Below, piece by piece: positions 48,660-57,883 of a stretch of DNA of 64,000 nucleotides (positions are counted from its first letter, which is position 1; every line of letters begins with the position of its first letter). Below the pieces are notes generated by a model. It was not told where the DNA came from, did not search any database, and saw only the letters and a program-made list of their open reading frames with translations. The stretch covers positions 640,001 through 704,000 of the forward strand of contig JBMNEZ010000001.1 in the NCBI GenBank assembly GCA_050949045.1. The letters are read 5' to 3'. The stretch is from Candidatus Izemoplasmatales bacterium (GTDB taxonomy: Bacteria; Bacillota_I; Bacilli_A; Izemoplasmatales; Hujiaoplasmataceae). Both the position numbers and the translations under genes were made by a program.

Positions 48660-49322
48660 TCAATACCCGTTTCCTCGTTCGCCTTTCATCAGATTGACGC
48701 CATTGCTCGTGCCAATCCTTGTCGCGCCAGCTTCGACCATTTTCTCAAAATCTAGCATAGTCCGGATTCCTCCGGCCGCCTTGACTTCCTTGCCTTGGCT
48801 GTTTTCCTTCATCAATCTCACGTTTTCCGCCGTCGCTCCTGCAGGGCCAAAACCGGTCGAAGTCTTGATGAAACGGGCTTTTGTCCTGCCGATTGCCCGA
48901 GAAGTTTGAATGATCTCGTCTTCGGTCAAATAACAAGTTTCGATGATCACTTTCAAAATGCGCCCATCCGCAGCTTTCGCAACCTGCTCAACCTCGTCAA
49001 CCAACAACTCATAGTTGCCGGTCTTGACGTTACCGATGTTGATGACCATATCGATCTCATCGGCGCCGTTATGAACGGCTTCAAGCGTTTCAAACACCTT
49101 GGTGGCGGTCGTGTTTTGTCCCAACGGGAACCCGATCACCGTACAAACAAGCACACCTGTTCCCTCGAGTCTTTTTTTGCAGTAACCGACAAAACAAGGC
49201 TGAACACAGACAGATTTGAAATGATAGAGTTTTGCTTCTTCTAGAAGAATGTCGATCTCGGCAATGGTTCCGACAGGTTTCAGATACGTATGGTCGATAT
49301 ACTCGTTAGGCTTCATTTTCAT
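48660..49322 (-). CDS. deoC: Deoxyribose-phosphate aldolase
   Basis: IDHT, VIGFPLG, KVIIET, IKTSTGF, KAAGGIR, RIGTS motifs. Confidence 0.97.
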   Translation of the reverse strand: MKMKPNEYIDHTYLKPVGTIAEIDILLEEAKLYHFKSVCVQPCFVGYCKKRLEGTGVLVCTVIGFPLGQNTTATKVFETLEAVHNGADEIDMVINIGNVKTGNYELLVDEVEQVAKAADGRILKVIIETCYLTEDEIIQTSRAIGRTKARFIKTSTGFGPAGATAENVRLMKENSQGKEVKAAGGIRTMLDFEKMVEAGATRIGTSNGVNLMKGERGNGY

Positions 49323-49376
49323 GTTCCTTTCTTAGTCGCAAGACACTGCTCTTGGAAACTGAAATTCCGCTAGTTA

Positions 49377-49405
49377 AGTATACTAAATTGAGTTAGAAAA
49401 GTCAA
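49377..49405 (-). promoter_or_regulatory. SigA promoter of deoC
   Basis: TTGACT-17-TATACT. Confidence 0.7.
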
Positions 49406-49447
49406 TGAATCTGGCAGTAAGGCAGATAATGTGTCACCGGTCAAACC

Positions 49448-52195
49448 TCAAGATTGTAACTCATCGACAATATCGCGACAACGCGGGCAAAGACCGTCTT
49501 CATCGATTTCGTCGACGACCACCCAGCAACGCGAACAGACATCTCCAGCAGCCGGCTGTACATCAACGCTGAGATCCGGGACTTTGAAGGATCCTTCGCC
49601 CTCCAGTTTGACATCCAGTTTGGAAACAATGAAAACCTGTTTCAAATCGACATTCAATCTCGAAAGCAATTTCCGGTACTTACCTTTCGGATAGATCGTC
49701 ACATGAGCACTCAGGCTCTTACCGATCAATTTATCGTTTCTGGCTATTTCCAATGCTTTGAGAACGCCCTCTCTTAGTTCCATGAAAAGATCGTAATCTT
49801 CTTCGATCCGCCCCGAATATTCCTTGACTTGCGGCAAGTCCAAAAGGTAGACGTCTTCGGCTTCCCGATGGCGAAGGTATCCATAGGCTTCGGATGTCGT
49901 ATGGGGAATGATCGGCGTCAAGACCCGGAGAATGGTGTCGAGGCTTTCATAGAAAACCGTCTGCATCCGCCTCCGTTTCGGGTCGTTTTGCTTTTCAATA
50001 TAAAGAACATCCTTGGCAAAGTCCAGATAAAAGGCGGACATGAAGGCGACATAGTTGTTTGTCTGACGATAGACATCGTCAAAACGAAAATCCTCGTAAG
50101 CAGCGCATGTCGCTTTTAGGAAGTTATTCGTTTTGATCATGATGTATTGGTCAATCTCGGCGAGATCCGCGAAAGCGACTTTGTTTTCTTCAGGATCGAA
50201 ATCAGCCAGGTTGCCAAGCATAAACTTGATGGTGTTACGGATCTTGCGGTATGCTTCCGAAACCTGTTTCAATAATTCATCCGAGAGGCGGACATCGGCT
50301 TGATAGTCGACACTGGCGACCCAGAGCCTGAAGATGTCTGCCCCGAGCGTACCGGTAATCTTGTTTGGATCAACGACATTGCCGAGTGATTTGGACATTT
50401 TGCGGCCCTCGCCGTCGAGGACGAATCCGTGCGAGACGAGCGTCCGAAAAGGACTGGTGCCGGTCGTGGCGACACCGGTCGTCAAACTGGAATTGAACCA
50501 GCCGCGATATTGGTCGGACCCCTCAAAATAGAGATCGGCGGGATAAGGGTAGCCGATATCCTTCATTGCGCCGTGGTGGCTGCTTCCCGAATCAAACCAG
50601 ACATCCATGATATCGGTTTCTTTTGTGAACTCGCCGTTTGGCGAATCGGGATGGGTGAACCCTTCGGGAAGCAGGAGCGAAGCGGGTAGGGTGAACCAGG
50701 CATTCGTTCCTTCTTTCTCGACAATCTTGGCAACGTGGAGAATAACGTCCTTATCAAGGACGGTAGTGCCTTTTTCGGTATAGAAAGCCGGGATCGGGAC
50801 GCCCCAGGCGCGCTGCCTGGAAATGCACCAGGAACGGCGTTCGCGGATCATGTTGCCGAGCCTGACATTTCCCCAAGAAGGATAACATTTGATCGTCTCG
50901 ATCGCCTTCAGAATGTCTTGTTTAAAGAGATCGATCGAAGCGAACCACTGGGGTGTCGCCCGGAAAATAACCGGCTTACCCGTCCGCCAGTCGTGCGGAT
51001 AACTATGGCTGATCGTAACGCTTTTGAGTAGCGCCCCGGTCTCACTCAGGAGTTTGATCACCTCGAGGTTGCAGTCATCCACAAACAGGCCCTGCAAACG
51101 AGGCCCGGCTTCTTCGGTCATACAGCCATGGCTGTCAACCGGACAAAAAACGTCGAGACCGTATTTCTGGCCAACGATGTAATCGTCTTCGCCGTGGCCG
51201 GGAGCAGTGTGCACGAGCCCGGTACCGTCATCCGTCGTCACATGGTCGCCCAAGATTACTGGTGAAATGCGATTATAGAAGGGATGATGGTAGGTCACGC
51301 CTTCGAGTTCGACGCCAACGTAGATGCCTAAGGTCTCGACTTTATCCCATCCCAGAATTTCCTGTAGTTTGGCAACGAGGGTATTGGCAACCACAAAAGT
51401 GCGGCCGTCGTTGACTTTGACCAGCGCATATTGGATTTCGTCACCGAGACAGATGGCTAGGTTAGCCGGAATCGTCCACGGCGTAGTCGTCCATATCAGC
51501 AATTCGCTGTTCCTTGGCAAGATGCCCTTGCCGTCCTTGACACGCATGGCGACAAAGATTGACGGCGAAGTCACATCTTTGTATTCGATTTCCGCCTCGG
51601 CAAGCGCCGATTCGCTCGATGGCGACCAATAGACAGGTTTCATGCCTTTGAAAATCAAGCCGTTCTCAACCATTTTTGCGAAAAGTCTCAGTTGCGAGGC
51701 CTCATAGCCCTTGGTCATCGTGATGTATGGATGATCCCACTCGCCAAGAACACCGAGACGCTTGAACTGCCGCCGCTGATTGTCAATCTGTTCCATAGCA
51801 TACTCGGCGCACATCTCTCGAAATTTGACGACATCGACTTTTTTACGATCGACTTTTCTGTCATTTGAAAGCGCGTTTTCGATCGGAAGCCCATGGGTAT
51901 CCCATCCCGGAAGATAAGGAGCCTTGAAACCTGACATATTCCGGTAGCGAACCACAAAATCCTTCAAGACTTTATTGAAGGCGGTTCCGGCATGGATCGA
52001 ACCGTTGGCGTATGGCGGACCGTCATGAAGTATATAGAGGGGTCGGTCCTCATTTTTAGCCAAAACCTTGTCATACAACCGGCTGTCTTCCCAACGTTTC
52101 TGGATCATCGGTTCGTTCTGGCCAAGGTTCCCCCGCATGGGAAAATCCGTTCTTGGCATCAATAATGTGTCTTTAAAATCCTTCTTTGTATCCAT
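49448..52195 (-). CDS. ileS: Isoleucine--tRNA ligase (type 1)
   Basis: HDGPPYANG, WTTTPWT, WCISRQRAWG, KMSKS motifs and C-terminal CxxC...CxxC; GGAGG RBS before MDTKK. Confidence 0.98.
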   Translation of the reverse strand: MDTKKDFKDTLLMPRTDFPMRGNLGQNEPMIQKRWEDSRLYDKVLAKNEDRPLYILHDGPPYANGSIHAGTAFNKVLKDFVVRYRNMSGFKAPYLPGWDTHGLPIENALSNDRKVDRKKVDVVKFREMCAEYAMEQIDNQRRQFKRLGVLGEWDHPYITMTKGYEASQLRLFAKMVENGLIFKGMKPVYWSPSSESALAEAEIEYKDVTSPSIFVAMRVKDGKGILPRNSELLIWTTTPWTIPANLAICLGDEIQYALVKVNDGRTFVVANTLVAKLQEILGWDKVETLGIYVGVELEGVTYHHPFYNRISPVILGDHVTTDDGTGLVHTAPGHGEDDYIVGQKYGLDVFCPVDSHGCMTEEAGPRLQGLFVDDCNLEVIKLLSETGALLKSVTISHSYPHDWRTGKPVIFRATPQWFASIDLFKQDILKAIETIKCYPSWGNVRLGNMIRERRSWCISRQRAWGVPIPAFYTEKGTTVLDKDVILHVAKIVEKEGTNAWFTLPASLLLPEGFTHPDSPNGEFTKETDIMDVWFDSGSSHHGAMKDIGYPYPADLYFEGSDQYRGWFNSSLTTGVATTGTSPFRTLVSHGFVLDGEGRKMSKSLGNVVDPNKITGTLGADIFRLWVASVDYQADVRLSDELLKQVSEAYRKIRNTIKFMLGNLADFDPEENKVAFADLAEIDQYIMIKTNNFLKATCAAYEDFRFDDVYRQTNNYVAFMSAFYLDFAKDVLYIEKQNDPKRRRMQTVFYESLDTILRVLTPIIPHTTSEAYGYLRHREAEDVYLLDLPQVKEYSGRIEEDYDLFMELREGVLKALEIARNDKLIGKSLSAHVTIYPKGKYRKLLSRLNVDLKQVFIVSKLDVKLEGEGSFKVPDLSVDVQPAAGDVCSRCWVVVDEIDEDGLCPRCRDIVDELQS

Positions 52196-52209
52196 GTTTG
52201 TCATCCTCC

Positions 52210-52435
52210 AATAAAAAAACCGCCCGGTAAAGGACGGTCTTGACCGTGGTACCACCTTTGTTCCGGGTGCAACCCGGCTCTTATAGCCGTTAACGCAGGC
52301 AGGCGTGGGGACTTACTGCATTCGGTTCCCATCTCTTGGGTGATAATCGTTCCGTTTCTGGCACCTGTTCTCACCAGCCACAGGCTCTCTCATCCTTAAC
52401 GGCGACGATCTTGTCCCAATCATCGATCATGATAG
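52210..52435 (-). ncRNA. T-box riboswitch, Ile specifier
   Basis: AAAGGTGGTACCACG T-box; terminator ACCGTCC-tttacc-GGGCGGT plus T-run; AGAGAG and GGTGAGA stem I motifs; specifier ATC at 52342-52344; promoter TTGCTA-17-TATAAT at 52448-52476. Confidence 0.93.
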
Positions 52436-52487
52436 ATTAACACGGTTATTATAGACCAACACCGATGTAATAGCAAGCATCTTTCGG

Positions 52488-52751
52488 CTATCTGAGCGCG
52501 GATGCGATGAACGAAAGTAACAATTGAAAGAGAAGCAGGCCGATCAACGGCGAGAGATCGAAGGTGCCGCGGATAACCACCCACCCTCGAAAATAGCGGA
52601 GATATAGTGAGGTTATCTTGTCAATGAAATCGTAAAACCACGTGTTGCGAATCGGAGTCCAACTCAAAATGATCGTGAAGATCATCAAATAGTAATAGGC
52701 AGACAACGCCCAATATGAATATTGAAGAATAATGACCAGGTATTCGGGCAT
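52488..52751 (-). CDS. yggT: YggT/YlmG family membrane protein
   Basis: IILSW and FDLSPLI motifs; position after sepF. Confidence 0.88.
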   Translation of the reverse strand: MPEYLVIILQYSYWALSAYYYLMIFTIILSWTPIRNTWFYDFIDKITSLYLRYFRGWVVIRGTFDLSPLIGLLLFQLLLSFIASALR

Positions 52752-52754
52752 TGC

Positions 52755-53075
52755 TCATCGCTTCTGATAGTCATTGATAAATTTTGTGAGCGTCGGCCCT
52801 TTGAGATCCGTTTTTTGGGCCATCAGGTAGATGCGTTCCTGAATCTTGACAATTTCACCATCACAGGCATAAAGAACTCCGCTCAGAAACATCAAAACTT
52901 CGTTGGCCTCCGTTGGCGTAGCTCCTGCGAAATTCAAAACGATCGGCAGTCTGTGCATGATCGCTTCCGCATATTCATAGATTGCCGAATTGTCCAACAC
53001 CCGGTAGAACTTCAGATCGTCAAAATCAACATCGGTCGCTTCGACTTTTGGTTTTTTGCGAAATAATCCCATCAT
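52755..53075 (-). CDS. sepF: Cell division protein SepF
   Basis: Amphipathic MGLFRKK N-terminus; IVLNF and FLSGVLYACDGEIVKI motifs. Confidence 0.88.
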   Translation of the reverse strand: MMGLFRKKPKVEATDVDFDDLKFYRVLDNSAIYEYAEAIMHRLPIVLNFAGATPTEANEVLMFLSGVLYACDGEIVKIQERIYLMAQKTDLKGPTLTKFINDYQKR

Positions 53076-53731
53076 TAATCCCTCGCTTTTGAACAATATA
53101 GTATGCGCCCGAGTCGGAGATGAGTAGCACCGCAGGCAAGGGCAATCTTGTAGTCGTTAGTCATCCCCATCGACAAAAACTTACAGGGAGCGTGCGGAAG
53201 TCCGAGATCCCTGACTTGATCCCTGAGTTTGGCCAAAGTCAGGAAACAATCCCTGATCAAGCCTTCATCCGCATTGAGGGGAGCCATGCCCATCAGACCG
53301 ACGATGACTATCTTATCATATTTTACCATATTTTGACAAAATTCAACAACCAACTCCGGCAGTAAGCCCGCTTTTGTGGGTTCATCGGTCAGATGGACTT
53401 CAACAAAACAGTTCAGTTTTGTTTGCCGGTGCTTCTGAATCTCGATCGCCAAACTCTCCCGGTCGAGCGAATGGAGCCAATCGATCTCGTTGATGACCCG
53501 CTTCACCTTGTTCGACTGCAGTGTCCCGATAAAGTGCCATACGAGAGGTAAGTCACATAGTCCGGCTTTCTTTGAAAGCAGATCTATGGCCCTGTTCTCA
53601 CCCACATCCGTTATTCCAAGAGTTGCAAGCTCACGGATGGTAGCCGATCCGACAGTCTTCGTCACCGCAACGACCGTCGTAGTCTTCATCAAATCGAGGA
53701 CTTCACTGATTGCCTTTCTATCGATCGTCAT
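53075..53731 (-). CDS. yggS: PLP homeostasis protein YggS/YlmE
   Basis: VAVTK, GENR, WHFIGTLQSNK, LSMGMTND, GATHLRLG motifs. Confidence 0.95.
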   Translation of the reverse strand: MTIDRKAISEVLDLMKTTTVVAVTKTVGSATIRELATLGITDVGENRAIDLLSKKAGLCDLPLVWHFIGTLQSNKVKRVINEIDWLHSLDRESLAIEIQKHRQTKLNCFVEVHLTDEPTKAGLLPELVVEFCQNMVKYDKIVIVGLMGMAPLNADEGLIRDCFLTLAKLRDQVRDLGLPHAPCKFLSMGMTNDYKIALACGATHLRLGRILYCSKARD

Positions 53732-53904
53732 CTCACATATTCCTCTTCTTTCGGTTCGCATAAGAAAAAAATCCTGTTAGTGTCAATAAATAGATAGAGA
53801 GGACGATTTTGAGAAATGTGTTGTCAGTCCAGAAAATGATTGTCAGAACGACCAAGACGAGATTCAAAAGATAGTAACAAAGAAACAACCAGAATTTGGT
53901 CTTC

Positions 53905-54639
53905 TTACTCAATTCGACTCACCTTTTCCCTCAACTCACGCAATCCTTCCGGGCTTTGGTTGGCAAACTTGAGCGGCGTGATCGAGATATAACCATTGAG
54001 TTCGGCCCATATGTCGGTCTCTGGTTTTGGCAAGACTTTGCTAAAACGCCGGCGGTTCTGGTAGATACCCGCTTCAAGCCTGACATAATAGTCTCCGTCG
54101 ACCCTGAACCCGAGATCGGTGATCATGATGCCTTTCGACTGTGAGTAGTTGCGACTCACAAAATTAACATTTAAAAGGTAATCAGAACTAAGGAGGCCCT
54201 TGCCTAAGATCAAGTCCATGACCTTATCGAATTCTTTTTCAGCGGGATCAAAATGGTTGTAATCAGCGGAAAAAGCGATTGCGGGGAAACCGTATTTCAA
54301 TGCTTCGAGACAAGCGCCTACCGTACCCGAATATACGGTATCCGCGCCGATATTAAAACCGTTGTTGATGCCGGAAACGACAAAATCTGGTTTGAGTTTG
54401 AGCCCATGGAGCGCAAAAGACACCGTGTCCGCGGGCGTTCCGTCGACACTAAAAACATTGTCCGCATGTTTATGGACAACCGTCTCATTCCATGACACTC
54501 TTGAGACGGAAGCGCCGGACATCTGCCGGTGGGGAGCGACGATTGTCAGGTTTCCGTAGTTGGCGATTTTTTGAGTCAACAATCTGATGCCGAGTGAATT
54601 GTAGCCGTCATCGTTGGTCACAAGGATCATGCGCTTCAT
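53905..54639 (-). CDS. surE: 5'/3'-nucleotidase SurE
   Basis: ILVTNDDG, GTPAD, SGINNG, YSGTVG, SITPL motifs. Confidence 0.95.
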   Translation of the reverse strand: MKRMILVTNDDGYNSLGIRLLTQKIANYGNLTIVAPHRQMSGASVSRVSWNETVVHKHADNVFSVDGTPADTVSFALHGLKLKPDFVVSGINNGFNIGADTVYSGTVGACLEALKYGFPAIAFSADYNHFDPAEKEFDKVMDLILGKGLLSSDYLLNVNFVSRNYSQSKGIMITDLGFRVDGDYYVRLEAGIYQNRRRFSKVLPKPETDIWAELNGYISITPLKFANQSPEGLRELREKVSRIE

Positions 54640-54929
54640 ATGACACGCTCCTCTGGCTTCAGGCTTGGATTGGCTTTATAGATGACAAGATTTTTGCCGA
54701 TGGTCTGGACCATTTCGATCCCTGTTTTTGCCAACTCTATCCCAACTTCGGCAGGCTTCAGAGGACAAGAAGGCAAAATCGCCAATTTACCTAGCTCATG
54801 CTTAAATAAATAATTGTCAATTTGTTTTAGAACCGGTCCAGTCAAGCCATCTTTGCCAATCTGAAACATCGGTTTAATCGTCTGGGCGATCTGCCGCATT
54901 CTGATGATGTCTTTCTTCGTCAATCCCAT
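54636..54929 (-). CDS. yhbY: YhbY family RNA-binding protein (CRM domain)
   Basis: KPMFQIGKDG, HELGK, VQTIGKNLVIY motifs. Confidence 0.88.
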   Translation of the reverse strand: MGLTKKDIIRMRQIAQTIKPMFQIGKDGLTGPVLKQIDNYLFKHELGKLAILPSCPLKPAEVGIELAKTGIEMVQTIGKNLVIYKANPSLKPEERVI

Positions 54930-54939
54930 ATTGTCCTCC

Positions 54940-56379
54940 TCAAGCATACAGCGGCAATAAAATCGCAAGGCTGATTGAATAATAAAGTGTCAGCGTGATT
55001 ATGTCCGCAATCGTTGTGATGAAAGGTCCAGAAGCAACCACAGGGTCGATTTTAAATTTGTTCAGCACCAACGGAATCAACGCACCAAGCAGCGTTGAGA
55101 CCATAAGCGCAACCATTACCGCTGTGCCGGTGACCAAAGCAGTGACGACCGATCGGTACTCAAACAATGTTCCGGATATGATCCAATTGGACACAATGAT
55201 GATAATAACGATCAAGATTCCGATTGAAACCCCTTGAACAATGCCGGTCCCAATTTCGCGTAACAGATATTTTCTAATCGCCTTTTTGGCCAGTTCCTTC
55301 TTTGATGTCGTAAGATATCTGATCATGACTGCCAAGCTCTGGGTGCCGGCATTTCCACTCATATCTAGGATCAAGGGCAGATATATCGCAAGTTTGGTGG
55401 AAAGTTGAATCGCTCCTTCAGAAAACGTCATATCCCCTTCAAACAGGGACATAATCAGGGTGGTGAGCATGCTGAGGAGCAACAATAGCGACAGCCAAGG
55501 CAGTCTTTGTTTGACAGAGTCAACAAGCGTATCGCGTTCAAGGTCGATCTCGCCATCGATCAGGCCGGCGAACTTGGCATAGTCCTCCGATCGTTCGCTG
55601 GCAACAATATCCATCAGATCATCGTGGGTCAGAATCCCGACAAGATGCATGTTCTCATCAACGATCGGCAATGAGGAGTTGCCGTAATCTTGCATCAAAT
55701 GGGCTACTTCTTCCTTGTCGTCGGTCGGATGAGCGTAGATCAGCCTAGTTTCCATTATATCCTTGATTTTTTCATCAGCGCGGGCTACGATCAGTGTTTT
55801 CAGTTTTAGATATCCGACGAGTTTGTTGCTTTTAACGACATAGATGATGGAGATGTAGTCGGTGTCTCCGGCTGTGGAAACAACCTTCTTCATCGCTTCC
55901 TTGACACTCATCGATTCGGTAAGTTTGAGATAACTGGCCGACATCGCCGAACCAATCTCGTTGTCGCTGTAAACCAGCAGTTTATTTAACTCTGCCCTTT
56001 TTCTGGGAGAAAGCAAACTGAGCAGATCGAACTCTTCATCTTCGATTTCAAGGTATTTGAGCAGATCGACAGCGTCGTCCGTTTCCATCCGGTCAACGAT
56101 TTTAACGGCATGTTCCTTGGGAATCCTTTTAAGAATTGCGATTGCATCTTCTTCTTCAAAATGTTCAATGATCGACGCTGAAAAATCCAACTCAAAATGC
56201 GTTAGCAGGGTGGCTTGGATGCCTTGATCAAGTTCCATCAGCGCTTTGGCGAGATCGAAAGGATGGTACTCATCGAGCATCGTCTCAAGTTCCGCGTCAA
56301 GCGGATGGGTCTCAATCAGTGAAAGAATTTCCTTGGTGAAGTCGCGATCTTTTGAAAGATATTTGTTTTCTGTATGCAT
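54940..56379 (-). CDS. mgtE: Magnesium transporter MgtE, paralog 2
   Basis: HPFD N-domain, CBS pair, RLPWL, SGNAGTQS, DPVVASGPFITTIAD motifs. Confidence 0.93.
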   Translation of the reverse strand: MHTENKYLSKDRDFTKEILSLIETHPLDAELETMLDEYHPFDLAKALMELDQGIQATLLTHFELDFSASIIEHFEEEDAIAILKRIPKEHAVKIVDRMETDDAVDLLKYLEIEDEEFDLLSLLSPRKRAELNKLLVYSDNEIGSAMSASYLKLTESMSVKEAMKKVVSTAGDTDYISIIYVVKSNKLVGYLKLKTLIVARADEKIKDIMETRLIYAHPTDDKEEVAHLMQDYGNSSLPIVDENMHLVGILTHDDLMDIVASERSEDYAKFAGLIDGEIDLERDTLVDSVKQRLPWLSLLLLLSMLTTLIMSLFEGDMTFSEGAIQLSTKLAIYLPLILDMSGNAGTQSLAVMIRYLTTSKKELAKKAIRKYLLREIGTGIVQGVSIGILIVIIIIVSNWIISGTLFEYRSVVTALVTGTAVMVALMVSTLLGALIPLVLNKFKIDPVVASGPFITTIADIITLTLYYSISLAILLPLYA

Positions 56380-56389
56380 CTTATCCCTC

Positions 56390-57787
56390 CTACAAGTAAT
56401 TGGCAAAAAGGATGCTTGCCAACCCGAAATAGATTAATAGAGATATGATGTCATTGATCGTGGTGATTAATGGACCTGAGGCGACAGCGGGATCGACTTT
56501 CAACAAATTGAACATCATCGGCACTATGGCTCCTGCGAGTGTTGCGACAATCTGGGAAACAGAGATTGACAAAGCAATCACCAGCGCAAACGGCAAAACC
56601 TCCGCAAAAGGATTTCCTTGAAGCATCCGCATACCAATCACGAGCAGAAACAGCATGCAGCCGATGATAATGCCGTTGATGATGCCGGTGAGCAGTTCTT
56701 TTAACAAATGGCGCCTCACGGCTTTCCTACCATCAAGCTGGTTGGTTGCGAACAGGCGGATAATCACGCCAAGGCTTTGAACACCGGTATTTCCTGCGAG
56801 ATTTAGAATCACCGGCATGAACAGTGCAAGGGTCGGAATTAGCTTCAAAACATCTTCAAAGCCAGTGATGATGGAACTGGTTATCAAATTGATGAACAAC
56901 AAGATAAGCAACCAAGGCATTCGCTTTTTCACTGAGGAATAGACCGTTTCTTTCTTCTCGTCGATCACAATCTCAGTAAGACCGGCCAATTTCGAATAGT
57001 CGTTGTCCGACTCCTTGTTCAAAACCTCGAACATGTCGTCGAATGAGACGATGCCGAGCATCTTAAAATCCTTGTTAACAACCGGCAACAAGACAAAGTC
57101 ATAGTCTTTCATCGTCTCAATTGCTTCCTCGTTTTTGGTCCAGGGGGTTATGGCCACCAAGTTTGTGGTCATGATGTCTTTGATCAGTTCTTGCGGCCTG
57201 TTGCCGGCGGAGATTATTTCCTTGAGCGAAAGCACGCCCACGAGATAGCCGCTGTCGACAACGTAGAGATTGTTAATGAATTCAGTCTGGGGAGCCTGGT
57301 CAACCATCTTTTTGATTGCCGTCTTGACGCTGTCTTCTTTGTTTATCTGAATATAGTTGTTGTTCATGATTGAGCCGGCTAGGTTTTCATTGAAATCCAG
57401 GAGTGCCATGATCCCCTGCCGCTTCTTTTGGCCTACAAGCGTCAGATAAGTCAAGCGTTCGTCGGGATCGGTGAAACATTCGATGACGTCGATCAGGTCA
57501 TCGGATTGCATTCCTTCAAAGATGTCTTTGATTTGGCCAGCTGGCATAATCCTAAGAAGCTCAACTGCCTCTTCAGGCGGAAGTTGCGCAAAAATGTTCG
57601 CAAGCTGGTCGCTTGTGAAGCATTGAAAAAACTGATCGCGCTCGGAGTCGGTCAGCGTCAACATCACCTGAGACAACTCGTAATCATGATAAATATCAAG
57701 TTGAATCCGTTTCTCCGCAGGAGGAATATCGCTCCTGAGGATTGTCAAAATTTCCGACTCATACTGCATCAAGTCGATATCATCCAT
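56390..57787 (-). CDS. mgtE: Magnesium transporter MgtE, paralog 1
   Basis: CBS pair, RMPWL, AGNTGVQS, DPAVASGPLITTIND motifs. Confidence 0.93.
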   Translation of the reverse strand: MDDIDLMQYESEILTILRSDIPPAEKRIQLDIYHDYELSQVMLTLTDSERDQFFQCFTSDQLANIFAQLPPEEAVELLRIMPAGQIKDIFEGMQSDDLIDVIECFTDPDERLTYLTLVGQKKRQGIMALLDFNENLAGSIMNNNYIQINKEDSVKTAIKKMVDQAPQTEFINNLYVVDSGYLVGVLSLKEIISAGNRPQELIKDIMTTNLVAITPWTKNEEAIETMKDYDFVLLPVVNKDFKMLGIVSFDDMFEVLNKESDNDYSKLAGLTEIVIDEKKETVYSSVKKRMPWLLILLFINLITSSIITGFEDVLKLIPTLALFMPVILNLAGNTGVQSLGVIIRLFATNQLDGRKAVRRHLLKELLTGIINGIIIGCMLFLLVIGMRMLQGNPFAEVLPFALVIALSISVSQIVATLAGAIVPMMFNLLKVDPAVASGPLITTINDIISLLIYFGLASILFANYL

Positions 57788-57858
57788 TTCATCATCCCTC
57801 CTTCCGCTATAATTGTGATTTTATCACCAAAAATCGCAATACACAACCTTTTTTCATT

Positions 57859-57883
57859 AAAAAAGGCTGTGCCCAGCCTTTTA
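57859..57883 (-). terminator. Intrinsic terminator after ftsZ
   Basis: AAAAGGCTG-ggca-CAGCCTTTTTT on the minus strand. Confidence 0.75.

Noticed and set aside
53765..53900. TTGTCAG direct repeats (53821, 53840) upstream of yggS as a regulator site
   Set aside because: Only two 7-mers, which is compatible with chance; no supporting regulator or further copies seen.
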